A DNA stretch of 64,000 nucleotides from assembly GCA_964187785.1 (NCBI GenBank), contig OZ076409.1, positions 34,412,001-34,476,000 of the forward strand. Direction: 5' to 3'. Source of the stretch: Amphiscolops sp. MND2022 (lineage: Eukaryota). Each line of letters starts with the position of its first letter. Within the stretch, counting starts at the first letter, position 1. This document shows positions 12,551 through 25,000 of this stretch, in pieces. The notes beneath the pieces were generated by a model. The model was not told the origin of the DNA, ran no database searches, and was given only the letters and a program-made list of their open reading frames with translations. A program made the translations under genes and the position numbers.

Positions 12551-13450
12551 CTAGTCCTTGTTTATTTGCAGGCCCTCGTCCCCACTGCACGACCCATTGT
12601 TTCCAGGCACTTCTTGATGATCGAAAGCAATCTGTTTACTGAGAGGAGAATCTGATACAAGACCTCGCACAAAATCGGCTAAGTCATTAACATTGTTCAG
12701 TCGTTTTTTGAGTTCGATCAGAGTGTCGTTTTCCATCGACTTTGGCGGAGATTCAACTCTGGACCTCTTTAGTGGAGGTTTTGCTTGATACTGTGGTGGT
12801 TGTTTCAACTGGCTCCTCTTTATTGAAATATGTTCAAGATCATCCAAATCTTTCATTGTATTAACTTTGACAAATTTTTCGTCACCATTGAACTGTTTTA
12901 TTTTGATCATTGGCACTGAGTTGAGTGATGATGTTTCAATTTCACGTCTCTTAGCTTCAAAATAAACATCCATGTCAGTCTTAGACATCCGTTCAGAGAC
13001 CCATACCTTTCCACCATTTTTGGGATGCTTAAATCCGCGAAGAGAATTTTTTCTGAACCATACCTGTTGTTTGTGTTCATAATAAACAAACTTGATGACG
13101 ATTGGAGGCGGTTGGTTGAAATCTCTCACAGGGCCCAGTGGGTGGCATGCCTTGATATCTCTCGGCGTCAGGTCCATGTGGAATACCAATTTAAAGAAGA
13201 GAATCACATCGTGAAGTAAGCTGTTCTGGTAACCAATCGGCAAATTTTTTATAATTATGGTATCTTTGGATAAGTATCGCTCCAACTCATTTGATTTGGC
13301 CTCAAGGTAATTCACTCGTGATTTCAAATCATTAATTTCATTGCTTTTACACTGGATTTCTTGTGCCAAATGAAGCAAAATATCTTTAATAGATTTGTCA
13401 AGTGTCAAGTTTTGTATGTTCAGTTCAATGTTCGAATCTTTCATTTCCAT
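12551..13450 (-). CDS. LINE ORF1 (coiled coil plus RRM/L1-ORF1-like C-terminal region)
   Basis: Heptad region, then ELERYLSKDTIIIKNLP...DIKACHPLG...PPIVIKFV...KVWVSERMS, typical of CR1-group ORF1p. Lies directly upstream of ORF2. Confidence 0.85.
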   Translation of the reverse strand: MEMKDSNIELNIQNLTLDKSIKDILLHLAQEIQCKSNEINDLKSRVNYLEAKSNELERYLSKDTIIIKNLPIGYQNSLLHDVILFFKLVFHMDLTPRDIKACHPLGPVRDFNQPPPIVIKFVYYEHKQQVWFRKNSLRGFKHPKNGGKVWVSERMSKTDMDVYFEAKRREIETSSLNSVPMIKIKQFNGDEKFVKVNTMKDLDDLEHISIKRSQLKQPPQYQAKPPLKRSRVESPPKSMENDTLIELKKRLNNVNDLADFVRGLVSDSPLSKQIAFDHQEVPGNNGSCSGDEGLQINKD

Positions 13451-13640
13451 ATTTGGTCGATTTCAGTAGAGCGCTTTGCCTGTGTTGATGTTAACTAGAC
13501 GCGACCATTCAGTTCAATGACGAAAGTCGAACCGAAAAAGTGAGATTTCACAAAGGAAATAAATTAGCGATTAACGGATTCTTAAGAGCAAAATGTTAAC
13601 AGATATGCGTTGTGTCAAAACTTATATGAATATGTCAAAG

Positions 13641-13912
13641 GGTGGCAGGACAAAATAACCAAAGTCAAAATAGCCAAGGTCAAAATAGCCCATGCCATAA
13701 TATCCAAAATGCCAAAATAGCCAATCCCAAAATAACCAACGCCAAATAAGCCAATACCAAAACAGCCAAAGTAACACTATAACATTAATGAAACTCTCTT
13801 GGCTACTCCAATTGGCTATTATGTCATGTTGGCTATTTTGTCACGTTGGATATTTTGGCATTGGCTATTATGGCATTGGTTATTATGACTTAGGATATTC
13901 TGACATGTAACC
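13641..13912. mobile_element. Mutator/foldback-type MITE
   Basis: 9-bp TSD ATGTCAAAG (13632-13640, 13913-13921). Inverted arrays of about 13-bp subrepeats (CAAAATAGCCAA / TTGGCTATTTTG). Confidence 0.8.
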
Positions 13913-16900
13913 ATGTCAAAGACCCAATGAAATCGACCGACAAACCCTTGGGTTCATTTAAAGCAAGTTCAGTAGCGAAACTTTTGTGAGCGCATATTTT
14001 CATGTGTCAATTTATAAAAATATCAATTTCTAAAAAATTCAGAGAACACTTAAAAAACAAAAGAGGCTTTTCCTGAATGAAAACATCGGAAAAAAACCAA
14101 AGGGAAGACATTGGTCCCATACAGCTATGAAATTCAAACAAAAGTGTAAAATAAACAACATTCTTTGGCCTCTGAGTAATCTTAGGTCTTAGGCCAAAAA
14201 TGAACCTTTCAGAGAGTGATAGTAATATTCAGACATGCTTTGTTACGAAAAGCGCCAATGAAGACCAGCTGCTACAGTGGCATTTTATCGCTTTTTCCAA
14301 GCCCCTCGGAGTGACCAAAACAAATCAAGAGAAATTGTACTAATTAAGTACTAATAAAATCGTTTAGGCGGGCCGGATGAGAGATGATATGATACTTGCG
14401 AGATATGATACTCATAGATCTATCCTATGTCCAATAAAAAGTGGACATTTCTAAAACTTCAGTTGTTTTATATAAGTGGTTGGCGTCCCCGCTATGCTAT
14501 GTACTTTCGCGGGTTAAGCAGGCGCTCAAGTTCGTTGCTCTCAATTTGTTACTTTCCGTCCATATTCCATATGGGAAAGGAAAATATTTTTTAAAACAAA
14601 ATTGGCCAAGTTCCAAATTTATATTCAAATTGAACGGTGTCACCCATGGAATTCAACTCACACAAATTTGACTCAAGGCGATATGCATTTGTAGAGATTT
14701 TTGGACTTTTTTGGTTGACCCCAAAAATGCAAAAATTTGCAACGTTACTATGCAATTCTTGTTAAATTTTCGATAAAACTGGTGGCTAAAATGTTAAAAA
14801 CGTTTAACACAGCAAGAATTCATTGTCCGACAGAATTCTTCGAAGTAAAAAAGCAGATTCTTAATAAAAAATGACTCACATTCAGACCGAAAGTCAAAAA
14901 CACCAAAAAACTTCCGATTTTCAAAGTATTTCATGCAAATTTTTGTCAAATTTTGGATAGACTTCGTGGATTAGAATAATTAAAACATTCAACCAGGAAA
15001 GAATTTGTTGTCCAGTAGGCTTTTTAGAAGATATGAATCCGCTTATTTGATAGAAAAATGCATCAAATCGGGGAAAAATGACAAAAGTTTGGAAAATCTC
15101 CGATTCTAAAGGTTTTATGCAATTTTTGGTCAAATTTTCATTAACCTTCGTGGATTAGAATCCACAAGGCAAGAATTCGTTGTCCAGGAGGATATAGTTA
15201 GGAGATAAATACAGTTTGTGACAGAAAGATGACTCAAATTCGCCCAGAAAATGTGGTAAAATCCAAAATGAAAGAACTAGTTGTGCTTGAGGAGAACCTG
15301 TTTGAAGAGAACCTTGCAAATGTTTGCTTCAAAACATCAGAATGTCTCCAAAAAGTCGAAAATTTCAACATCTTCACGTTTTCATGCAACATATGTGTAC
15401 TTATCACAAATATGTTCTGGAGTTGGGATGTTAAAAATGTTCAAGAAAGATTGAACGAGTTATTTGGTCGTTTTTTTGAAGACATTTGCAGAGCTCTGTC
15501 CCAAAATGAACAGCAAAAGTCAAATATGCCAACATTTTTGCAGAATTTGACTTTTTCAGGACATTTTTCATAAGATTAGAAAATCTTGGAAAGACAAAAG
15601 CTTCAAAAGGGGCAGATAATGTAACTAGGTTCTTCAAGAGAAATTTGTACATTTGATGACAGAAAGTTAGTTCAGAATGAATCAACTTATGCGAAAAACC
15701 CAGAACTTTCAAGATTTTTCAAGCAGTTTCTAGTTGAATTTTTAGTAAATTCCTCGCCTGAAATGGTTGAAAAAACCTAGTAACGACCAATGCCGGTATC
15801 CAGTAGAAGTCTTTGAAGATTTAACCGCAACTTCTTGCTAGAATTGGCCTCAAAAACAACCCAAAAACCAGAAGAGCATACGAGCCGACGGCGGTCTTTT
15901 CGGGAAGCGCGCATAAGTTGAAAAGTGGACCATTCGCATTCATTAAGTGGTCTTACAAAACAAAGTCACTAATAGTCAGCCACATTTTCTTACAGAATGG
16001 GCCGATTACAAACATCTGAAATAACTAGGCACTGCTGTTAAATCATTATATAGCGCGCAGCTAATCACTGTACCAGAATACACCGTCCTTGTTTCTTCTG
16101 ACAATAAGCTTTGTTACGTGGACAGAAGAATACCACCTACTAAGCGTATATGACATTTCGCATTCATAGTCGAATGCAGGCGAAGCTCTCGGCGTACGAA
16201 TAATTATTACTTGTTCGCTTCAACTCAATGAAAGTTCTGTTTCGCTGTTACGAGAATTGTCAATGGAAGTGGGACGATAGAAATCTTGAGAAAGGATCAC
16301 ATTTACGACTTCTGTAAAATTCTAACTCCATTATCCAACAAAGTGAAACCTCACAACTTTTCGCAGAAGTTTCTTGGTTCGTCCTGAAAAAGGTCTCGCA
16401 CATATTGCCAATAAGCTTTATCTAACACATATTCTGGTAGAAATTAAGGTTTTACTTTTGCACTACTGGTCGAAGGATTTTGAAATATGCAATTTCAAAG
16501 AACTTTTTAATTATTGCTGAAAAATTTTCAGGGGAATGCGAGTTGAAGTTGGTCTTTTTCCTCTCACGAATATGACTTTTCAATGTAAGTATCTTAACCT
16601 GCCAACATTGAATTGAATAAAAATGTATTGGCCTAAAACACACATTAGAACAAAATAAAATACATTGTATGGTACAAAACCAAAAACATTTAATACATTG
16701 TCAATACATTCAAAAACACCATATATTTTTACATCCCTGATCTCATCTAACTTAGCCTGCATTGTGCTCCACCATTATAAGCGCCCACCAGGGTACGTTT
16801 AAGAAAGTTTCAAACGAATGAAATTTGACTATTACGAAGTTTCAACGAGGCGCATTGAATAAACACATGAAACTCGAGAACTCTTTGGATAGTCAACAGT

Positions 16901-17132
16901 ATCGTCACGACAGCTTCACAAAAAAGTCATTTTACAATAGAGTTCTATCAAGATTTTGACCACTCAAACAGAGTCTAGCATTGTAAAACTGCTATTGAAG
17001 CCATTGGCCAGTAGAGTTGCACAGCGTAAGATTGTTTTAGTTGATGCTACGTATAATTTCATTTCTAGCCAGCGAATATGTCAGCAAAACAAATGCATAT
17101 AGATTCGAAATTTAAAATAAAGGGGTTGTATT

Positions 17133-17795
17133 TTTAGCCGACGTTTTCGAAGAAAAAGCACGACTGTTACAGTGGCTAGTTTTTCGGCTTTGAGTCTTTT
17201 CGAAAAGTTTTCAATGTCTTCAAAGGGCCCCTTCATTTTTCAATATTTAGCAACAGAATGGATGTCAAAATATCCCAAAGAGATATCCCAAAGAATATCC
17301 CTTTCTCAATTTTTGGCACTATGAGACTTTATAAAGTTCCCATTTTTGTCTGATATTAGGTTTCCTCAGTACATATCCACCTATAATTTTTTAAATACTA
17401 TCCGAACTTATCAAGACCGGCGTTTTTTTTGGTACTATGCGATTTTTAAAATTTGCTTTTCTCGAAGCCCCCACTATAAACCAAAAGTTTAGCGAGCATA
17501 GAGGACTTCTTAGGGTTTTCGGCACTATGCGACTAACCGGAGACTGAATAAAAAATCGAAAAAAATTCTCAATTCTTCGTTTTTTGAGAGGTTTTCGGTT
17601 GAGCAAGAAGATGGGTTTTTTTGCTGTTTCCAGTTTTGGAAAAAGTGGTTTTCGTGTATTATGCGTATCTATTTGGGTATTTTTTGGCACTGTAAAATTG
17701 ATGAAATTTCAACAATAGTGTCCTTTTGCATATTTAGAAAACTTTAGTTTTTAAAATCTTGAGCGGGGCACCGACTTAGGCCGTTCCCGGCTTGT
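17133..17795 (+). mobile_element. DINE/HINE-like Helentron copy
   Basis: TTTTAGCCGACGTTTTCG...AAAAGCACGACT at the start and GCACCGACTTAGGCCGTTCCCGGCTTGTT at the end. Confidence 0.65.
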
Positions 17796-17814
17796 TGATA
17801 TTGCTTGATATCAG

Positions 17815-18350
17815 AAATAGGTCCCTGCGGGGCACAGTATTATTTCTGCTCTTAGACTTTCATGTTCAATAATAGAAGCATATCTGAAATAACTACACAC
17901 TCCTGTTTAAACATTATAGAAGCGCACAATTAATCAATGTACCAGTTTACACCGCCCTTGATGCTTCTCTAACTAAAAATATAACTACTAAGCGTAGACG
18001 AAGTTTCGCATTCGCATTTGAATGCAGGCGAAGCTCTCGGCCAACTAATAATTAACACTCGTTCGCTTCATCTCATTAACTCGGCGTACGAGAGCATAAT
18101 TACGAACATTCGCTCGCTTCATCTCAATGAATTCGGCGTACGAATGCATTATTACCGCTCGCTCGTTTCATTGCACGAGAAAGGAATTGTCGTTGGCAGC
18201 TTGAGAAATTTAAATCTCACGCTTATACTCACTGCCGAACAAAAGATCTTAATTATTCAGTAGGTACTCGGATGGCCAACAGAAGTCGGCTGAAAAAAGT
18301 TGCATTTTTCAGATTTCTTTATTATTCCTGCTATCGCAGAAATACTTAAA
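17815..18350 (+). repeat. Dispersed repeat family (other copies at about 37594-38066 and 16010-16300)
   Basis: Shared core AAGCGTAGACGAAGTTTCGCATTCGCATTTGAATGCAGGCGAAGCTCTC and CACTGCCGAACAAAA. Confidence 0.8.
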
Positions 18351-18611
18351 ATGTTTTGCTCAACTGGAAATTCCTTCTGAGATATCACATCGACGTGTCA
18401 CGAAAGCTCGCATCATTAGTACAAAGAGATCACAACATTCGTGTTTTCATATTTACTAATCGATTTTAATAACCACAACTAGAACATTTTTCAAAGAGAT
18501 TTTCATTAAAAATCGGCCCGTAGATACTCAACAAAAATGCTGCAAAAAACGAATCAAATCTTGCAGGTTTCATTGAAAGCATCTAAATATTAGATTATAG
18601 GCTGTTACTTG

Positions 18612-19429
18612 CGGTGATGTCCCTTTTTAATTTTTTAAAGGATTTTTTATATTAAAAGATCGGCCTTAAAATTTAAAGGATCCTTTAAAGGATTCGAAAA
18701 ACACATTTCAGCAAATACTTTAAGGGGAAAGTCATACAGACAATGTAATACACATCTAATTCTCAAACAGCAGAATATTTATGTTGTAATCTGACTGGCT
18801 GAAATTTGGAATCGCATTGAATTCACTATGCTGAAAACGCGTGTCTGATTTTGTCGGAATTTTTAGGAATCGGAAAAAATTTTCGACTACTTATGCAATA
18901 GTGTCGTTTTTTTTCTCCCGACCTTTCAATGAAAATTCAAATTTCTCAAGAACTGTTCATACGATTTTCTATAATATTTAGCACAGTCATCATACACTCA
19001 AAGGTGCTCCTGCGTGCGCAAAGGCATCAAAATCGTATGATTGGGATCTGAGAAACATAGCCAAAATTAGCCCAAAAATGGCCATTTTTCGATTTTCTCA
19101 AAAACTCTCCAATACGATCCGAACGAAATTTTCTACAGTCATTCTACACCATATTAGATATCTTGCTTGGATTAATACGTGTCGCACCAAAAAACCAAAT
19201 CGATTGGTTCGACCCATTATGGTAAGCAGCTGCACTGAAAAATCCAGAAAGGATTCATAGAATAATTTTCTCACCGTGCTATTCGTATTTATAATTTCTG
19301 TCAAATTTCCTTTTTATTTTGTTTAAAGGAAAAAGGATCCTTCAAAGGAAAATCCTTTTAAAGGATCGATGTTTAAAGGAAGGATTTTTTAAAGGATCCT
19401 TTAAAGGAAAATAAAAAAGGACATCACTG
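18612..19429. mobile_element. hAT-family MITE
   Basis: TIRs CGGTGATGTCC / GGACATCACTG, 8-bp TSD GTTACTTG, and subterminal AAAGGATCCTTT motifs. Confidence 0.82.
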
Positions 19430-20877
19430 GTTACTTGAAAGAATAAACCCACGCACTTGATTAGGCTGTTACTTGAAAGAATAAACCCACGCACTTGATT
19501 ATTTGTAGTGGTACAGACATTTTGGGACCATGTATCTTATTCGACCTCCGGGTACACCTCGTTTCAAATCCCCAACAGGAAAGGACATTTTGCTCTTGAA
19601 TAAAAACATTTCACTAATAAAAGAATATTATATGAATGTAAGTATTTAGAGGATTGTCTTTACAGCTGTTTCGACACTTCCAGCAAAAAAAATAACCCCT
19701 TATTTTACAACCAACGTGTATAGAACTTGATTTATTTGAAAATGTTAGCATATTTGTTGTATGGCTCGGTCCCTTCCTTTGCCAAGTAGCAACATTGAGG
19801 CATGGCCAAATGGCATATCTCTCCGCTTCGCTTCTCTCCTGCATTTAAGGCATTAGGGGTATGTGAACATAACTGACTACGTTATAATAATAATTCCGAC
19901 AAAATCAGACAGGCGTTTTCAGCTTAGTGAATTCGATTCGATTTCAAATTTCAGCATAAACAGATCAAATATTCTGCTGTTTGAAAATTACATTATGTCT
20001 GTATGACGTTTCCCACCGAAAGATCACAGTTGTTATTCGAGAAAAGAAGGTCGGCCATTATTGGTGATTATAGTGAGTGAAAGTGGCCAAAAAACTCGCC
20101 AATTAATTTCCTGGAACAGGTTCACCAACATGAGTCCCTAGTTTCTATTCTACTCATTTATAATTATGGCAACAGAATTAACGAACGTCGCAAATCTTTC
20201 AACTTACTGTTACAACGAAATGAGATTCGATAGACAGTTGAAAAACAATCAAAAGTAAGAATGAATTGAAGAGATTTCAATTAAATAAGCAATCAAGTTA
20301 GTTTACAGGAAAAATAGAATATTTTGAAAAAAAAACGTAATAGTCTGGTTGCCTTGAAAGTAATGCTTCAACGCGCAGTAAAAAATCACTTATGCTACTT
20401 ATTCAGTCATGTCAACCTAAAAATTTGCTCAAATTATTTGAGGACTACAGAGTTACAACAATTTTCCGTTTTAAATGAACAAATAATTGGGCATAATGAT
20501 AGGTTTAAAAACTCATGTATTTCAAAAATATGAGTGAAATGACTTTTTAGTTGACTCAACTTTCAAACAAGGTTTCGAAATTTCTCAAAAGCCATTCTCA
20601 GTCATTGAGATTGTAAGATTAACGAAACAGAAAATTCTCATTCATTTTCAAAATATTTCATTTTGACTGCAAAATCAAGCAATAATTATGTGGTTAAATT
20701 GAATTTTGAGAATTTGGGATTCCGATAAATGTAGGTCAAAATATGCTAATTTATGTTTTGACACAATCCCTGACATGAAGCTTTCAAGGCAGCAGGTTGA
20801 ATGAATAAACCAGTCAAATTAGTGTGTAGTGTTTTAGGACGGGGGTTTTTTTGTGGGGGTTATGGGAGGTTAGAACC

Positions 20878-21014
20878 TTATAAGTTCGCAGGCTCTGATT
20901 GGGGTCTGATTCTCTCTCCTCTTCACTCTCGATGGCAGTCAGACGCTCTTTGTACATTGTGTTGAAGTCCTTCAGTAGAGTCCGCATACTGTTCAACCCC
21001 GCGTTCCCACTCAT
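20878..21014 (-). CDS. Probable first coding exon of an unidentified (coiled-coil-like) protein gene
   Basis: cag acceptor near 21025, then ATG and MSGNAGLNSMRTLLKDFNTMYKERLTAIESEEERESDPNQSLRTYK, then an AAG|GT donor. GC-richer than its flanks. Downstream exons were not identified. Confidence 0.45.
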
Positions 21015-22055
21015 TTTCAACTATCTGAAGCAATGTCTATGGCAATCAGAAAGAAAAGTTGTTACCGAAATAGCATGCTTACAAACGAGAAATATTGAAT
21101 GAGACTACTCTTTGTTCGAAAGACTTAGAAGTTGAAAGTGAACGAAATGCGCATTTATCATTTTGATCATTTTCGCCTTTTTTTACTACAGGAGCGTTGA
21201 TGTATTTTCTCGTCAAGCACCTTTGGTCGCCAATGGTCGAATCCAGAAACATGTGGGTGAAAAGCGCATGAGGAAGATGAATACGCGGTTTCTATTGGAT
21301 GAACTCCAGACCTATCAGATTTCTAGAAAATTCGAAGACCGCGCATTTAGATGAATGGAAATTTGGCAACGGACGTTTAAATTCTTTGCAATTCCCATTT
21401 GGCTGTCTGCATTGAAAAAATGCCTCGAACCTTCGAATGATATTTCTTATGTGAAAAAACCGGTACCAAAATGTTTCTGAGGAAAAACTGCTTCACAATA
21501 AAAACGGCTTTCTCCTTATTTTTCTATCTGATACAAAAAGAGTATGGACAGGTAACTTTAGTCGGGTAATTGAACGTGATGAATTTTTGATTCCATAAAA
21601 AAGATATTTATGGTGCCGTATACTGTCTTTAAAATTAATCAAACGTTAAAATATCGAAAAATAGCAGAGCACATATCCTTGGCAATTATGTATAATTTCC
21701 GAAATCATCAATCAAAATTTGCATCATGTCATCCTAAAACTAGTAAAGAACCATAGGCCGGTGAAGCTACGTAACTCCATTTTGCCCTACAAAACGATAG
21801 CAATAAATACTTAATTCATCAAAATTATAACTAACATTCAAATTGGAGTTCTAAGCTATAGTTGTACATAAATTACTTGAATGCATAAATAGATACTCTG
21901 GTGCCCGTATTTGCCGGGGGTCAAGCGTAACTTCCAGCGGTAAAAGCCCTCTTCCTCCCCCTCAAATGATGGTATATCATTCTCAAACAACTCGATACCC
22001 CCTGCCCGGGCAAATAGGACATTGAGTAATTGTGATATGTAAACAGGCCGGCTGC

Positions 22056-25000
22056 TCATCTATTGACAGTGAAAGCGTTATGAACGGGGCTGAAGAATGG
22101 AAGGAAGTTGATGAGGACGTCTTTGGACAGCTGACTCCTGATCCTGGAATGCTGTCTCACCAAGTAGTTGGTAGTCTTCTGCAAGTATGTCTGCAACCCG
22201 CGTTTACGTTCCTCTATGAATTTGGCATCTTTGTTTCCAACCGTCTTCTTTGGCGGTAATTCGAAGTTTTCTACGATCGGGTATTCCTTTTTGAGGGAAT
22301 TGTGGAAATCATAAAACTGTTGATAGCGTTTGAACACTTTCCACTCCTCGTTTTTGATTCGAATAGATATTTGGTATATGTGATGATTTTGGCGCAGAAA
22401 TGAAGAAGGAATCCAGATGTTGACAAACATGGCAGCCAAGTCTTCAACTGTGAGAAACTCATTTCCTAAAATGTATTATCAAAAATGCAATTATCAATAA
22501 GCTGAGATACTTTCTACTAAACATTTCAAAACGCAGAAAGGGATTACATTTTTCAATGCTTTTATTGCCAGGGCAAATCCATTCAAGAACACAAAACTTG
22601 AGTAAACATTTCTTGTAGTAAAACTTGTAGCATTTTATGTCACATTTGATTCCAGTCTAAAGTGGTAAGCTTGAAAGCGACATTCAATAACAATCACTGA
22701 TAACGACCAAGTTAGACAATGGTACGTATGTATAACATCGTACTATTGTCTGCTAAACAGTTCAGACTTAAAATGTAAGACGCTTCATGCTTACCAGGCA
22801 GAGGTCCCCTGAGAACATTGATTTCGTTCCTGAGATGATGAATGGTTCTGTCTTTGGCGAGCAGGTCATTCTGAAGCTGCTCGTTGAGTTCGAGCAATTC
22901 TGCGTGTAGACCACTCATGGCCACCAACTTCGCCTCATACGATGTAGCTTCATCTGACCCATCCGGACTGCTGGGCTCCACGTCAATTCCATCCAGAGGA
23001 GACACGTCCAATTCAGCCGGAGAGTTCTCAGAACCTAAAAATGAAAACATCCAACCTATGCATTATTGCACAGCTTTCGTTCTTTCAATCTGCTTCAATT
23101 CTCAGGTGAACATCAAAGTGTAATTGACTGACGTGTTTCTTCAGATACACAGTATCTATCTTCAGGATATCAAAAATAGAGGAACCACAGATTAAACTTG
23201 CCTTCTACAGGGGAGCCTGACTTGCTGAGTTGTTTGCGGTCGTTTTTCAAAGTGTTCACTGCACTGATATATCTTTTGAGCTGACTCTTGAGCAAGTCTA
23301 CTTCTCGCTTCAGACTAACTTCTCTCTCCTCAGCCCGCTGCTTTACAGTTTCCAGTTCACTTTTGCTTTCCTCCACAACCTGCAGCAAGTATATCCGAAT
23401 ACTAACAAGGCACAAAAGTGTGGTTTTAGTATCACTTGGTTTTAGTCCAAGAGGGACGTGGTTTTAGTATCACTAGTTGAATAGTTTTCGAAAATCCAAA
23501 AGTCTTATAGTACTGAAAACCTGACCCTAAAGCATTACATTGGACGCAAATTATGTGAAATTTTTGGGGAAAATCAATAACGTTATACGAGAAGTAAAAA
23601 CGTTATATCCGAACTTTCAAAACCTTTTATCCGAATTCAAGTACGTGTTAGATTATATGAGAAACTTTTTACTTAGCAGTCTTTACAGCTTTGAAAAATT
23701 CTCCAGGAAACGTTATATCCGGAATTCGTTGTATCCGGTTTGCGTTATATCCGGTATGGGTTGAGTCGAACGGGACTCCTTAGCACTTTTTACAGCTCAA
23801 ATGTGGTATGTAGATTGTCAAATAGGACATTGCCAACAACTTATAAAGCTATCACTTCGTCGGTCTTGAAAAAGCCACTACTATAGTCGTCTCTTTCTAC
23901 GAAAGCGCCGACTAAAACTAGATAACATCATTGAGCGAGAACATTCAAATTGATTCTGTGGTAATCAATTCTACAGTTGAAATCAAGTTGATACATTCAA
24001 GTTATAGCTACTAGCAGAACAGACAGTAATATTGAGTCCATTAAATCCTTCCGAAAAGCTTGATAAAATCTATCTACTTTGATATTTTTTCAAAGTTTGA
24101 AAGCTGTCAACATCAATGGGGGGTATTAAAAGGGTAATATTAATGCATACCAACTTTTTGTAAACTCTCTGAATACAATTTTTCTTGTCTCAGACTGTCT
24201 TGAAGTAGATTATTTTGCCTTTCGAACTCGTCCTTTCGTTTCATCATGTCCAAAGCAGCTTGCTTCATTTCGCCAATACTCAAACCCGCATTTGCAGATC
24301 CAGGGGACCCAGACACCGTGACAGTTTGATTCAGCTCAGCTTTCTAAATAATTCTAAGATAAGCATAGCAACAGATACTTTCAGATTTTTGAATTATAGT
24401 GCAAAGAACTTTCATGGATTGATGACCAAACGCCTTAGAATGAAAAACAAGCCGGGAACGGCCCAAGTCGGCGCCATATCTAAAGCTCAAAAATAGCAGG
24501 ACTTCAATGTGTCAAAGTATTTTCTTCTACACCACCCGAACAACCCAAAAGTTGGACCGAATTGGCGCGCCAGGGGGGACGCTTTGAGATTTTTCATCCA
24601 TTCTGTCGCAAATCATCAAAAAAAATTGAAGGGGGACCCTTTGGGAATTTTTTTCGGAAAAGTCTCAATGCCGAAAAAACTGAAATGGGGGACCCTTTAG
24701 TCTCGCCCGGTATTGTATGTTACGCGGAAAAAAGGAAAAGCCTTTTTGGTTCAGTCCCTGGGCCAACATGTACGATTTTGTAGTACCTTAACATTTTGTA
24801 CAACTTTTGGTAGAATTATTTTGGTCACTTCAGGTTTACCGAAAAAAACACTGACGAAAAGCCATGACTATAGTCGACTCTTTTCTTAAGAAAAGCGCCG
24901 ACTAAAAATCCCGTATAGCAAGAACTCAGGAAAAATTTTGTTCCCCATGATGTTTCCTACCGTTTCAACGCACTAGTATCACACGTCAAGCTTTTCATCA

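Larger units (their letters stand above)
9473..13596 (-). mobile_element. Near full-length non-LTR retrotransposon (L2/Crack/Daphne-like, CR1 group) with ORF1 and APE-RT ORF2
   Basis: ORF1 followed by an APE endonuclease and RT. The 3' end reads AATAAATAAA then a (CTTT)n tail on the minus strand. Possible short TSD AACAGA. The 5' boundary is approximate. Confidence 0.9.

Noticed and set aside
10794..13219. Plus-strand ORFs overlapping the LINE, and similar antisense ORFs over SNX29, RRM2, copia and CRE
   Set aside because: These are antisense shadows of real coding frames.
18722..20015. About 140-bp inverted pair (18722-18860, 19890-20015) as TIRs of one element
   Set aside because: The pair interleaves with the TSD-bounded hAT MITE at 18612-19429, so two independent, oppositely oriented repeat copies are more likely.
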